This document shows positions 1 to 11,057 of a stretch of DNA of 64,000 nucleotides, in pieces (positions within the stretch are counted from its first letter, which is position 1; each line of letters starts with the position of its first letter). The DNA is from Lepidodermella squamata (lineage: Eukaryota; Animalia; Gastrotricha), in NCBI GenBank assembly GCA_047495785.1, contig JBLDXI010000019.1, positions 806,001-870,000 on the forward strand, written 5' to 3'. A program made the position numbers and the translations under genes. Below the pieces are notes generated by a model, which was not told where the DNA came from, did no database searches, and saw only the letters and a program-made list of their open reading frames with translations.

Positions 1-351
1 CGAGATTTGGCTGAGACAAAAAAAGCAGATGTTCTGTCATTGTCCTTGACACGAATCATGTCCAACCTGAGCGAGGAAGACGCTGAACTGGCCAAATCTT
101 GTTTAGGGTTGTCGAAAACAGTTTTCCATGGGGCAGGGACAAGATTTTTGGGACGTAGCCTGAAACGTGACGAGAAGGAAGCGGCTTCGATGGAAAATTT
201 CATCAAGAAACAGCCTTTTTGGTTTATTGATGGTAAAGAAATATAGTTCAAAGGCTGAAGAGGTGAGTGCAATGTGGCATGAAAATAAAATATCCTCCTT
301 AAACATAAAAATTCGATCTATTCGATTCTCTTTTTTCTAACCAATTTACCT

Positions 352-1518
352 ATGATGTTTCATTTCGACGAAGAGGTTACATCACCTCTTGAGATCACAT
401 TTTGCCGCGAAGAAGCTGCATTGCGAAATGCCGGGAAGCCCTTTTTCAGTAATTTTCGAAAAATATCTCAAACCGCAGCCACTGAGAGGAAGAAACTGCT
501 CGAGCTGATTGAATCAGCCAATGAAACATCTATTTCAAGTCAAGATGGCCAACCGAAGATGCGGTTGAAATTAAGAGAGGATCTGTTGCCTCGAAATTAT
601 ACTGCATATCACATGAATTTCGCGTTTTATCTTCGCCATTGCTGGGGCTATCATTTAGGCGCAGTCATTCGACCTGATGTCATTTATTTCACAATTGTCA
701 ATCAAATTGCTAAGCATTTATTCAGGCGAAAGTTGGTGAATTCGCTATCTAACCCTGATGATATTAGAAAGAACTTGCAAGTCGAAGGTCCATTAGCTAT
801 GGATGAAGACGGGATAATTGACCTGAACGACATTATCAAAGAGTTAAGCGTATTGATTCCTGGCGATCATTCCGATCTAATGATTGCGTTCTCAACTGAT
901 TCCCAAATTTCATTCGAAGCTCGGATTGCTTCATTTTGCGAGATATCCTCGCCTTATTATTCGGAGATGAAGGTCTTTTGCGGGATCCCGAAAATCAGGC
1001 TCGAGGGTTCGGCCCAAGATTGGGCGAACCTAGTTCGAGCAATTGATTACTGGCAAAACACGGATCTGGACGAACATTTTAAAGTTAGCTACTTGAGGAC
1101 AATCCACGCGATTTGCACGCGAATTCTCGATGATGTCGAAACAAAAACAATGACGCCTGATTTTTGGCGCCGGTTGTATTGCGAGGAAAGATGCGGATCG
1201 GGTGGTTCTGTTGTTACCGGATGGATCTGCGAGCTGTTCAACATACCCCGCCGGCAGGGTATTGAACGCTTTAAAGGTGATTTCACGAGGCTAGAATGGC
1301 TTGTTCGAGGGAATAGCGGTAAATTCAAGAGGATGGTGGCACATCACGGCTTGTTTTCGTCCAGGTACAACAAGGTCATTGATTGTTTAGTGCCGGAATT
1401 TTCGCGGCTGATCTATGAGATAAAGCCGAAGCGCCGCCGGTTTTACAGGTCCTTAGTCAATAGATTTCGCAGATTAGGAGCTTGCAACGCCGATGATAAT
1501 AAACATTCGACTGATTGA
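352..1518 (+). CDS. DUF4419-like protein, intronless
   Basis: 388-aa ORF with motifs typical of DUF4419 proteins as I recall them: HLGAVIRPDVIYFTIVNQIAKH, CGIPKIRLEGSAQDW, VTGWICELF. Confidence 0.6.
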   Translation: MMFHFDEEVTSPLEITFCREEAALRNAGKPFFSNFRKISQTAATERKKLLELIESANETSISSQDGQPKMRLKLREDLLPRNYTAYHMNFAFYLRHCWGYHLGAVIRPDVIYFTIVNQIAKHLFRRKLVNSLSNPDDIRKNLQVEGPLAMDEDGIIDLNDIIKELSVLIPGDHSDLMIAFSTDSQISFEARIASFCEISSPYYSEMKVFCGIPKIRLEGSAQDWANLVRAIDYWQNTDLDEHFKVSYLRTIHAICTRILDDVETKTMTPDFWRRLYCEERCGSGGSVVTGWICELFNIPRRQGIERFKGDFTRLEWLVRGNSGKFKRMVAHHGLFSSRYNKVIDCLVPEFSRLIYEIKPKRRRFYRSLVNRFRRLGACNADDNKHSTD

Positions 1519-1957
1519 TGGTTTCAACTTTTTGAAAAAAAAATTCAGAAATTTATTCAAATTTTACCTCTCTGATTGACATGATTGGAAAAATACCTGT
1601 TACTACTTTCATATTTTTATTGGGAAAATGGTCAGTTGTTTCTAACAAAGTACATAGTACAGCAACAAGGCTTCGATATTTTTTAATAGCTTGATAATCA
1701 AATTTCACTAGAATATAATGACTCAGCTTATATAAGCTGGTTGAAGAGCTTTGAAATTAATGCATTCTTGATTCTTCAGTTCAAAAATTAGGGTCTAAGG
1801 AGGCAAGTCGGAACAAAAATGTTTAGGACCATCTACACCTGAATCCTTTTACTATAAGTTAATATAAGTTAATTGAAGAACATGAGATTAGATAATATCG
1901 CGTCAGAACACTACACTCTAATAAAAATTCGATTTGTTTATCACTGGTTTAACCAGG

Positions 1958-4900
1958 TTAAAATACCAGGATCCGCGAGAAAAGCATGCCAAGCGAGCCG
2001 TCTTTTTCGACGGTAACATATCGACCAGTAAGCGGAGGCGTGCAATGGCCAATCATAGATTGACCCTGGACAAGGTTAACCGAGCGAAGGCCCTCGCTCC
2101 AGATGTCGCATATCGGGTTCAGTGCCAGAGAAGCATTCGCAGAATTACCGACCCGCATTACAAGCCTAGCGTTCCAACCTGTCTGCGTCCACGACGTGGT
2201 AGGCTGGGTGACTACAACGATTTTAGACACAGACACCGAAACGCCGAGATCGACCTGAAACCAACCAAAGGTTACAGTCAAGGTACCAGTGTACCAACCA
2301 GGCGATGTCATAGCCACCAAATTGGAGGCAGAATTCGTGGTAGTTGATGTGACAACTTTGTATTGCGCAAAATCAGTCGCGTCGTCATTATAGACGCTAA
2401 CTTGGCAAATGTCAATGTATGTATCCATGTATAAGCTGACAATTGACACGTAACGGCCCGAGATCGGGCTGTTGCATGGCAAATTGAATTTTCGAGCGTA
2501 AGGCATCATCGGGCTTGTGACTGTACAAACGGGTTGATTTATGGCTTGGTCGCCAGTCGTTGGTAGGGTATCGCCCACTCGTATCACGTAATTTCTTGCT
2601 GCGAATTCGACACCGGTATACGTGCAGCCTCGAACTCCGAAACGGCCAGATGCCGAACCCACAAATTCGTCAACTATGAATCTGACACCCATGGCTTGCA
2701 TTGGCGGGTTTAGGTAATTGATCATCGGCGTCGGGTTCGTTGCAGAAGTTGGGCCGTCGAAAATGCGAATCCGGGAGCCGTTGTTATCCTGGGTATAAGC
2801 GATCCAGAAGTCGTTGCCATCAAGACTGCTTGTGAGGTGGTATTTCGATATCCAAGCAGTTTTGTTAACGTTGCTCTGAACTAGGACGGCTGTGACAATT
2901 TTGAAGTTGGTGAATTTGAATTGGAAATAAGGCTGCGGATCAGTGGCCAAGGCTTGCCACGCATTGATACTGTTCAAGATATGCCACCAGGCTTTAGTTG
3001 CATCGACATGGGTAGTGTAAGTTAAGGCAGCGTTCTCATCAAGTTGAGATCTGCACGACATATCTGAGGATAAAATGTTATGAACAATCCGCTCGGCCTG
3101 ATACATACAGCAGTATTTGGGATTTGATTTTTGGCAATTTGCTTTGGAAATTTTTGATTTTTGATTTTCGATTTGATTCAACTTTCCGAAGATTTCGATG
3201 TCTCCATTTGACCTTCAGTTATTATGCAAAAATAAAAAATGGCTTCTCGAAATGTTCTAGAGGTAGACCATCTAGCTGATTCCGCCCTTGGGACCGGTTC
3301 CATGCATAAACAGCGTAAAAAGTGGATTAGCGATTGCTCTAGTTTAAATTGTCAATTTCCACATAATAAAAGGATTGGTTGGATTTGAGATTCGTCCACT
3401 TCACTTTTCTCCACCAATGGCTCAAAATTAATCAAATCCTACATACTGCTGGCTGCTGGGTAAGGGTTATATACCTGGGCAGCCACGAATCATGATTCTG
3501 AGGGCAAGGCCGCCAAACCATGACCACGGCTGGAGACGAAGTGTACGAGTTGTAATAGCTGGGTTCAAGAAATTCCACACGACTGTGTCAGCATCACTGT
3601 TTCCAGTAAATACCTATAGGTATAAGAAACAAGTATTCACTGAAAGAAGTGAAAATTAATACTCACTCTGAGTGAACCGGTCTGACGTGTAGAATACACC
3701 CAATTCATCCCACTGATTTTAACGGCATATAGCTTATAGCTAGTAATGTAGTACCCTGTCGAGAAGTCACCCTGCGTACCCAGTGAAGTTATCATCATCT
3801 CCTCTCCGAAGTCGAATGTGAAAGATTGAGTCGTGTCAGCAATTTCTAGTTGTGCACAGCAAGATTTTGATCCTGGCGTGTTAGCATCGCCGATCCATCG
3901 ATTGTTCAAGCGGAATTGGTTGAAAGTGACATTCGCAGCTGACTTGTACAAGCCGGTGTTAGAAATCGTCGCTCGTGATGTTATGTCGCTCTCACACCAG
4001 TGTCCTTGAACTGAAATAAAAGGGCGTTATAGTTTAACGAACATTGGTACCAAAATAATCATATCATACGCATTGTAGGTCCTGGGCATTGGTTGGCGAC
4101 TTCTTGGGCTAGATATTGATTAAGGTAGCCCTGGAAAATCGTAATACATGCAGTATCTCCAGTTATCTGATCGCTTCCCTTGGCACGACCGATTGCGACT
4201 TTCTGAGGTATCTCCGGCTGTGAGTTCGGAAAAGGCTTCGAAATAAGTAAATCGCCATCCTTGTAGCCTTCGAATTTCATAGCGTCTACCGTCATGTCGA
4301 ATGTCATCATGTGGTGCTGCCATGTATTCAGAAACGTGCTGACATTGCTAACCGTCTGGGAATATAAGGTAGACGTTCCACTGACTACCATATTTGCCTC
4401 GTAACTCATTGAATTAGGCGTAATTGCTTTCATCGCGTAACGATTGGTGGAGCTGTCAACAATTGCGAAAAGTGGCATTCCAATGCTACTTCCAGTTTGT
4501 TTGGTGAAGACAAAAACTCCGAAAGAATACGACTGGGCGGTGCCGTTTCCGAGACCAAATAGCAAATTTGACTGACTGATGGTATGGTAGTTGTTGACAC
4601 CTGAATTGTAGTTAGTTCCCCAAGTATCATCAGTTACGGCTGCTTTCCAAGGAAACCCATCTCCTAGAAGACTGCCCCCAGACGCGGTCCATGATGCACC
4701 ATCAACCAGTGAACTTGTTCCATAAGATCCATCCCAGGGAGAGTTGAACACTGCCCTCATGTCAGCAGTTGACGTCAATGGACATCTCTTCAGCGAATAA
4801 ATTTGCCGTCTTGTAAGCAATGCCTTATAAGCTTGGAAGCAAGCCACGCTTATAGACGGCGATTGACCTATACGGAAGTAGGTCGTAGATGTTTCTACGC

Positions 4901-7900
4901 CATTAGGACAGGCAATTCCATTCATCGACCCGACCTGCTCCCCCTCATGAAAGATTTGGAATACTGGATTGCGAGAAGGATTATAAGCGAGACCAACATA
5001 AGACCATGTGTTTGGGGTGAGAAGCCTCGTCGAAGCTACGTACTGATACGCGGCAACGCCAACGCCATTCCTGCACCGAAAACCGCCGCCCAAGTATCCG
5101 TTGTTAATTAACAGGGAGACAGTGATGTTGGTGGAATCGTACGACCAGCCCATAATTGTTCCGTTTGCGTTTGCTCCGGGCATTACGTGAATCATGGCAG
5201 TGAACGAGTACTGCAAGTCGAGAGCCTTGGCAGGAGCGGCTGTTATTTGCATTTGCAGATAGTCGTTCGCGGTAGGAAAGTTCCATGCTCTGATGAAATT
5301 TAGATGATCATAAAATGATCGAAAAAATTGGATTACTCACGTTGAAGTGAAGCCGTACATCTTGGAGCACTGAGGGCTCCCAACGCTGGTGAAGCTCGCT
5401 CCAAACCCTGCTACAGCTTCTGTCAACGAGCATGCAAGAGGGAAAACGGCGACAGGGGGCGGGGCTTAATAAAGAAATCGATTAGTACGGATTAGGGGCA
5501 TCGAAAGATGACTAACTTAGCCATGGGCACATGCTGGCTTGATGAATCTCAGAGTGATCCAGTCCCCGTTGGTAGAATTGCATGCAGGCAATCTTCCCCG
5601 TCCAAGCTCCGGAGATCATGAAGTATTGCGAAAGCTTGAAAGCATCAGCAGCACATCCGACGTAGAAAATTCCCTGATCGTTGTTGTCAAAGTAAATTCT
5701 CGCTAATCCGGATTTGCAGTCAACGGTTACAGCGAAGAAAAACCATCGATTCAGCGGGATTGTCACATCATTATATGGCCAAGTGTGGCTGGTTGTTGCA
5801 CTCATGGTGTAATCAAGCTTCACTGCTCGAGTCGACTGAACAATTCTTATGTTCAATTGTAACACGCTAAGCGAGAAAAAGTGTGCTTATCACCAAAGAA
5901 TTGAAGGGATACCAACCTGCTTTTGATCACATTTTTCATTAAATAGAGATCAGTCGTCGCTCCTGAGTAATACATCATCATTCCAAAAGTCCAGCCATTC
6001 TTCGTGTCGATCACATTAATGTTGTTAGTTCTCACAAGAACAGCTTTATTTGCCCCGGTCCACTCCAAAGACGCCATCGGCCTGCCATCAAACCCAGTGC
6101 CGTAATTCAGCCCGGGAGAAACTATCGCATGGTTTCCATTGTACGAAAAATCATCAGCTCCATGGACGTAATCGAACAGCCATAAGCCATCAGGGTTGAG
6201 GGTAACGATTGGAGGAAAGTTAGGTGTGACAATATCGACCGAAGTCACTTGCATTGTGGCGCCGAGATCGATAGTGGCAAAAGGCTTCCCACCTGGGCTG
6301 GGTGGCAAGATGCGTGTGCAGTTTTGAAAGTGTTGCTTCCTAACAACCCGCTTTTGGGTTAAAACAACAGGACTGCCCATCGGAGTTATAGCAGCGTTAT
6401 CATAAGCCGAAAATGTGACGTTCTTATTTCCAGCTAGATCTTTCATGTAATCAGGAGGATCTGTAGAAGAAATTAGCGTAAATTATGCGTGACAATGCAT
6501 GCAAAACATACTTTTGCATCCTAAGAGCTCAAATCGGTAACATGAGGATGTCGAGAATGCCAAAGGAATAATGTTGAAGTATCGAGCGACTAGGATGGTT
6601 GGAAATTTGATCACAACGATCGTGTTTGAGTCGACGTTGCCGCTTAGGGATTTCGATCCAGAAGTATCAGTAACATCGGCCCATTTGTTTGAATCAACTG
6701 ACTTGTATTGAATATTGAACGAAGTTACCCAAGCGTTAAGAGATTTGCATCCTTGAACTTCAATCGCGGTGACGACTGTTGGTTTTCGAAGATCGATCAT
6801 GGTATTTGTAGGATTGTTGGCCGTAGTTTGAAGGCCCCAATTCAAGCGAACTTGAAAAGAAGCTCCGCCAAGTTGGGAATTGTCAATATCGCCATTTTCC
6901 ATTCCGAGAGGATCGAAGCAGTTTGCCTGACAGCCGTCAAATTGAAAATTGACGCAATTTATCGATCCAGTAACATTGGTGGCTGTTATTTTGAAGTATC
7001 GTAGTAAAATCGGCTGGAAGAAGTCATGCGTCACCGTCGACCATGGATAATTTGTTAGATACTAAAATTTAACATCCTCATCACGAAATGACTTCTGATT
7101 GAGTTTAGCTAACCTTTATTTTCTTCCCACGAGATGTTGTAACGCTTTGATAAGTAACATCATCGAGGCTTGTGTCCATCTGAATAACTGGGAAGCAGTA
7201 AGGATCTTTGCATTGGTACCAAAACTTCTTGACCCAAACGTAACGCTGCAGGTCGACTTTGTACCAACTTCCAACTGGGGCTCCGCTGGCCATACAGGAC
7301 CTATAATTATGACCAGCTGTTTTCCGAGCGAACGCAGCTACTTCAAGGGGCGTACTGATCGATGTCATGGTGTAACCACGATTACTGCTGTAAGCGAGAT
7401 CAGACATGTAAGACGTGTCGTAATCCAGCGTCTCAGTCGGGCCAGGAATGATACCTGCCTGCGAGTTCACACAAGAACTCGCCGCTGCATTTTGAAGATA
7501 AGCATCGTAGTACCAAGCCCGTCGACAGTCGCCTTTGGTTGTTAGGCACTGCCTACCTTTTCCCAGAACACTCGGCCCATCGATAACGTAAGAATTGAAA
7601 TCCGAGTTCGCTACGGTTGTAGCTGTTGACGAGGCCTCTGGTGATATCGTGAATAGGGCACAGGTCTTTGTGCTCAGTTGAAATTGCGCAGCCTGGCAGT
7701 TTCGATTGGCAGAACACAGCGAAGCACATACCGAGTCTGTGCTAGCTTGAGCTACCCCAGGGATCAAGAATGTGTTGAGATTGGAAAGACCGCTACTCGC
7801 TGTTGGGACAATGTTGTAACCAGGGTAACGCTTGTAATAACTTCCGCATTTAACATTGATAAGAAGTGCGCTTAGACACAAGAAAAAGCCAATCATGCCT

Positions 7901-7905
7901 TCCAT
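1958..7905 (-). CDS. Multi-exon secreted multidomain lectin/adhesion protein (signal peptide, PAN/Apple, several F5/8C discoidin, LamG/pentraxin-like, C-terminal fucolectin-like modules)
   Basis: Chain of minus-strand ORFs (7105-7923, 6483-7034, 5853-6446, 5512-5865, 4059-5252, 3637-3951, 1958-3181) separated by short AT-rich introns. Signal peptide MIGFFLCLSALLINVKCG; PAN-like CASLCSANRNCQAAQF; discoidin DPLGMENGDIDNSQL...ARYFNIIP...CYRFELLGC; LamG-like W..FAVT/IACMQFY; FTP-like WFQVDLG...GRYVTV. Exon boundaries not all resolved. Confidence 0.75.
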
Positions 7906-8608
7906 TACTTTTAGCAAAAGCAAAAGGCTGTCATGGAAGGCTCGTAGACGGTTAGGGAAGGCTATTAGGTAGACGAAAGGTGTATTAAATTATGGACGAC
8001 TATTTTTCGCCTCCACATAATTAATGTATACATACGTGTGAAACCCGCCGTAACGGCAATTCCTCTTGGAATGATTCGACGCTCAGAATTAGATTAATCG
8101 ATAAAAAATAGCACGTTGTCTTTTGGAACAGTTTTTCTCATTAACTTTTAAGGAGCATTTGCTTAAACGCCTTAAAAGGTTAATATTGGAATATTTGATG
8201 TATATAAAAAACCAGATAACATAGCAACAAAGCAGCAACAAAACAGCAAACGCAATTCAATCGATATCTTACAACGAATCGACCGGCTGTGACGAATGGG
8301 GAAATCCGGGACAAAATTGAGGCGATGGCATCTATCAGGGAGAGCAGGTTCCAATGCGATCAAAATTGGTTAAAAGCTATTTCATAGTGGTACATTGCAG
8401 ATTTTATGTCGAAAAACATAAATTTCAATCTCATAGAAAATGCTCTTCTTAATTGTTGCTATACAGTGGAGCGGGGTCTTATTGAAGAAGCCGAAAATCT
8501 CTCTCATCTCTCAGTGAGTCAATAACTTGTTGTAACTTGTTCGTAACCACTGACTGCCAAACCGTTTATTGCTAAAATTGAATTGTTATTGAATGGGTCT
8601 TTGAAAAT

Positions 8609-9175
8609 CGTCACTCAGATTTGAGTAAACGTCACTCAGAAATAGGCAAGTGTCACTCAGATGCGCATTACGTCACACGTGTTATGCAGGTGTGCACCCA
8701 ATTTTCAACTGCAGCACTCAAACGATAGCGCGCGTCACTCATTTTAATACTTTTCCATCACTAATTTTGATACCCTAACATCACTCATGCGTGTTGTCCA
8801 TCATCATAACGATGGAGACCCCCGGCTGCGACCGGCCATGCGAGCGAAATGGAGAAAAAGGACATTTATGAAAATCTAGAGTCACCTTGCCTAACCGATA
8901 AGGATGAGCTAAGGGATAAAAGGGACGTGATTCGTTGCCGAAAAAGGTTGATACCAAACCGGAGGCCTTGTCCGCAAATGCAATTGCCGCGCGGGCGGTG
9001 TTAAATTTGGGGATGATTGGTTAAGTTAAGTTGTAGTTACACAAATGAGTGACAATCGGATTTGGTTTTGAGTGAAAAAAATAAAATTTGAGTTATTTTT
9101 TATAGAGTGACAAGCGCTTTATTTCTGAGTGCAAACATTTAAAATTGAGTGACACGGGCCGCTGTTTGAGTGAAG
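8609..9175. repeat. Inverted arrays of TCACTCA / TGAGTGA motifs (foldback/MITE-like element)
   Basis: Repeated (G)TCACTCA at about 21-bp spacing in 8609-8790 and TGAGTGA(C) in 9046-9175. The arms are partly reverse-complementary. Confidence 0.55.
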
Positions 9176-9864
9176 AAATTTTTAATCCTCTTATTGAATT
9201 GCTAAAATGGCAAATTTAAAGCGAGGTCCCGCTTTGCCTGGAACTTAACCGTTACCTTTCGCTTATGAAGTTCCCGCGGCTGTTATAATATATAGGAATG
9301 CGCGTTTACAACCAGAATATTTCGATTTCTTGATTTTTTGAAAAATATCGCGTGCTCTATAATATAACGCGTGTTTAGTTACTCTGGAGAGCACGCCTGC
9401 TGCGATTGCGCAACTCGAAAGAGCTTAAATAATTTAAAAAAAATATATCGCTATTATTCCTCAACATTTTGGCTTTCAAAGAAATATTTTTTTCGCTATT
9501 TTTGAAGAGCTTCGTCGAACGCGCATACTTCAACGAGTAAGTTTCGTAAGTTTTGAAAAGAATCGGCCGACAGCCAGATAAACGCACAGGCAAGACCTGT
9601 TTGAAGATTTATATTGCAGGCATTATCGACCTGTTTGAACAGAAAATCCTACAGCCTTTGAGCTGATAGTGAAATACACCTCACAAGCCACGAGCTTAAA
9701 AGAGGAAATCCTACAGCCAACGAGCTTGTAGAGAATCATCACAGCTGATATCAGCCATTTTCGACAGCCATCGAGCTGATTGATTGTCTTGAGCTGTCAA
9801 TTCATTGAGCCGATTTATTGCTATATATTTTTTTTATTTTAAATCTAAAATTGAGCTAATAGGA

Positions 9865-10923
9865 ATGGATTCTCATCAGCAGTTTCTTCGAAGCACCGGT
9901 CAATTCACGACGAAGATCTCGTTCGCTAACTGGATCGACCAGGCCAAGAGAAATTTCGAATATTTCAAAATTCTAGGAGCAACTAACAAACTCGGTCTAC
10001 TCCAGCAACTCGTCGACGATAAGCGTAAACAGATCATCGCTCGAGAATTGGAGAAGGACACGGTTGCTTACGATGTGGTGATTAAACGAATGGGTCTGAG
10101 TGCGAATTGCGATGTCATCACCGCCCGAATGAAGCTGAAGGCTGTCAGTCAAGCTGAAGGTCAATCTGCCCTTGAGTTCAAGCAGCAAGTCGAACAGCTC
10201 GCCAGTGTCGCCTTCCCGGAAAATGAACACGAACAACTTAGCCAAAGCATGTTTCAGTTCGTTTTCGGCTTGAGGAATGGCCCGGTTAGATCGAAAATTC
10301 TCGAAGAGATGAGTAAAGATATTACTCTGAGCTGGCCGAAAATCTTGGAATTGGCTGAAGCCGAACGGCCAGTTGTTATGCAAGCAAGCCCGGCTAAAAT
10401 CGTCCAGCCTGTACCTGAAATCAAGATCGAACCTGTTGAAGTTCAAAGCCCGAAAGTCGCGAGCCAATCCCAACCTCCAGTGGTCACTAGCCCGGCCGGA
10501 GCTCAGATCCAGAAAGAAATACTACAACTGGCTCGATATGGCCTTGTCGCAGCTGGCAAGGCTGTTTCGCCTGAATTCAATGAACGAATTTCCAACGAAG
10601 AGTTGGCCCGAGTTGCTATTCATTTGAGTAAGACTGAAGATTGGCATCTGCTTACCATACCGTACCTGTTGGCTTCGATAACCGACCTGGACATGAAGGT
10701 CAAGGTGGTTTCAGCTATGGTTTCCGCCGTCAGAATTACGCTTATTCCCGATGTGATCAAGTTTTGCAGCAAGTGCAAAACCGCGACGCATGATACGATC
10801 GATTGCTGGAGCAAACCACGCCGTCGAATTTTCAAAGCTGGCCAACCTAGACTAACGAAGAATTTGCTACGTAAAACGCTTCTCCGCTCAATCTTAGATG
10901 GTTTCAATGACAACAATTCTTAA
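9865..10923 (+). CDS. Retrotransposon Gag-like protein with CCHC zinc knuckle (no pol seen)
   Basis: Ty3/gypsy-type capsid signature LKAVSQAEGQSALEFKQQVEQLASVAFP...QFVFGL and knuckle CSKCKTATHDTIDC. AATAAA follows at about 10974. Confidence 0.7.
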   Translation: MDSHQQFLRSTGQFTTKISFANWIDQAKRNFEYFKILGATNKLGLLQQLVDDKRKQIIARELEKDTVAYDVVIKRMGLSANCDVITARMKLKAVSQAEGQSALEFKQQVEQLASVAFPENEHEQLSQSMFQFVFGLRNGPVRSKILEEMSKDITLSWPKILELAEAERPVVMQASPAKIVQPVPEIKIEPVEVQSPKVASQSQPPVVTSPAGAQIQKEILQLARYGLVAAGKAVSPEFNERISNEELARVAIHLSKTEDWHLLTIPYLLASITDLDMKVKVVSAMVSAVRITLIPDVIKFCSKCKTATHDTIDCWSKPRRRIFKAGQPRLTKNLLRKTLLRSILDGFNDNNS

Positions 10924-11057
10924 AGCCGCAGAAACTGCCAAACGCTCCGTTATTTTTCAAAATATTTCTGAGAAATAAATATAAAGAGCGAATTTTACAT
11001 GGTTTATTATTTGCATGTTATTGAAAATAATTAATCAAAAATTAATTTCTTGGTAAT

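Noticed and set aside
7-246. Short ORF at the window edge
   Set aside because: Possibly the end of an upstream gene, but no recognisable motif.
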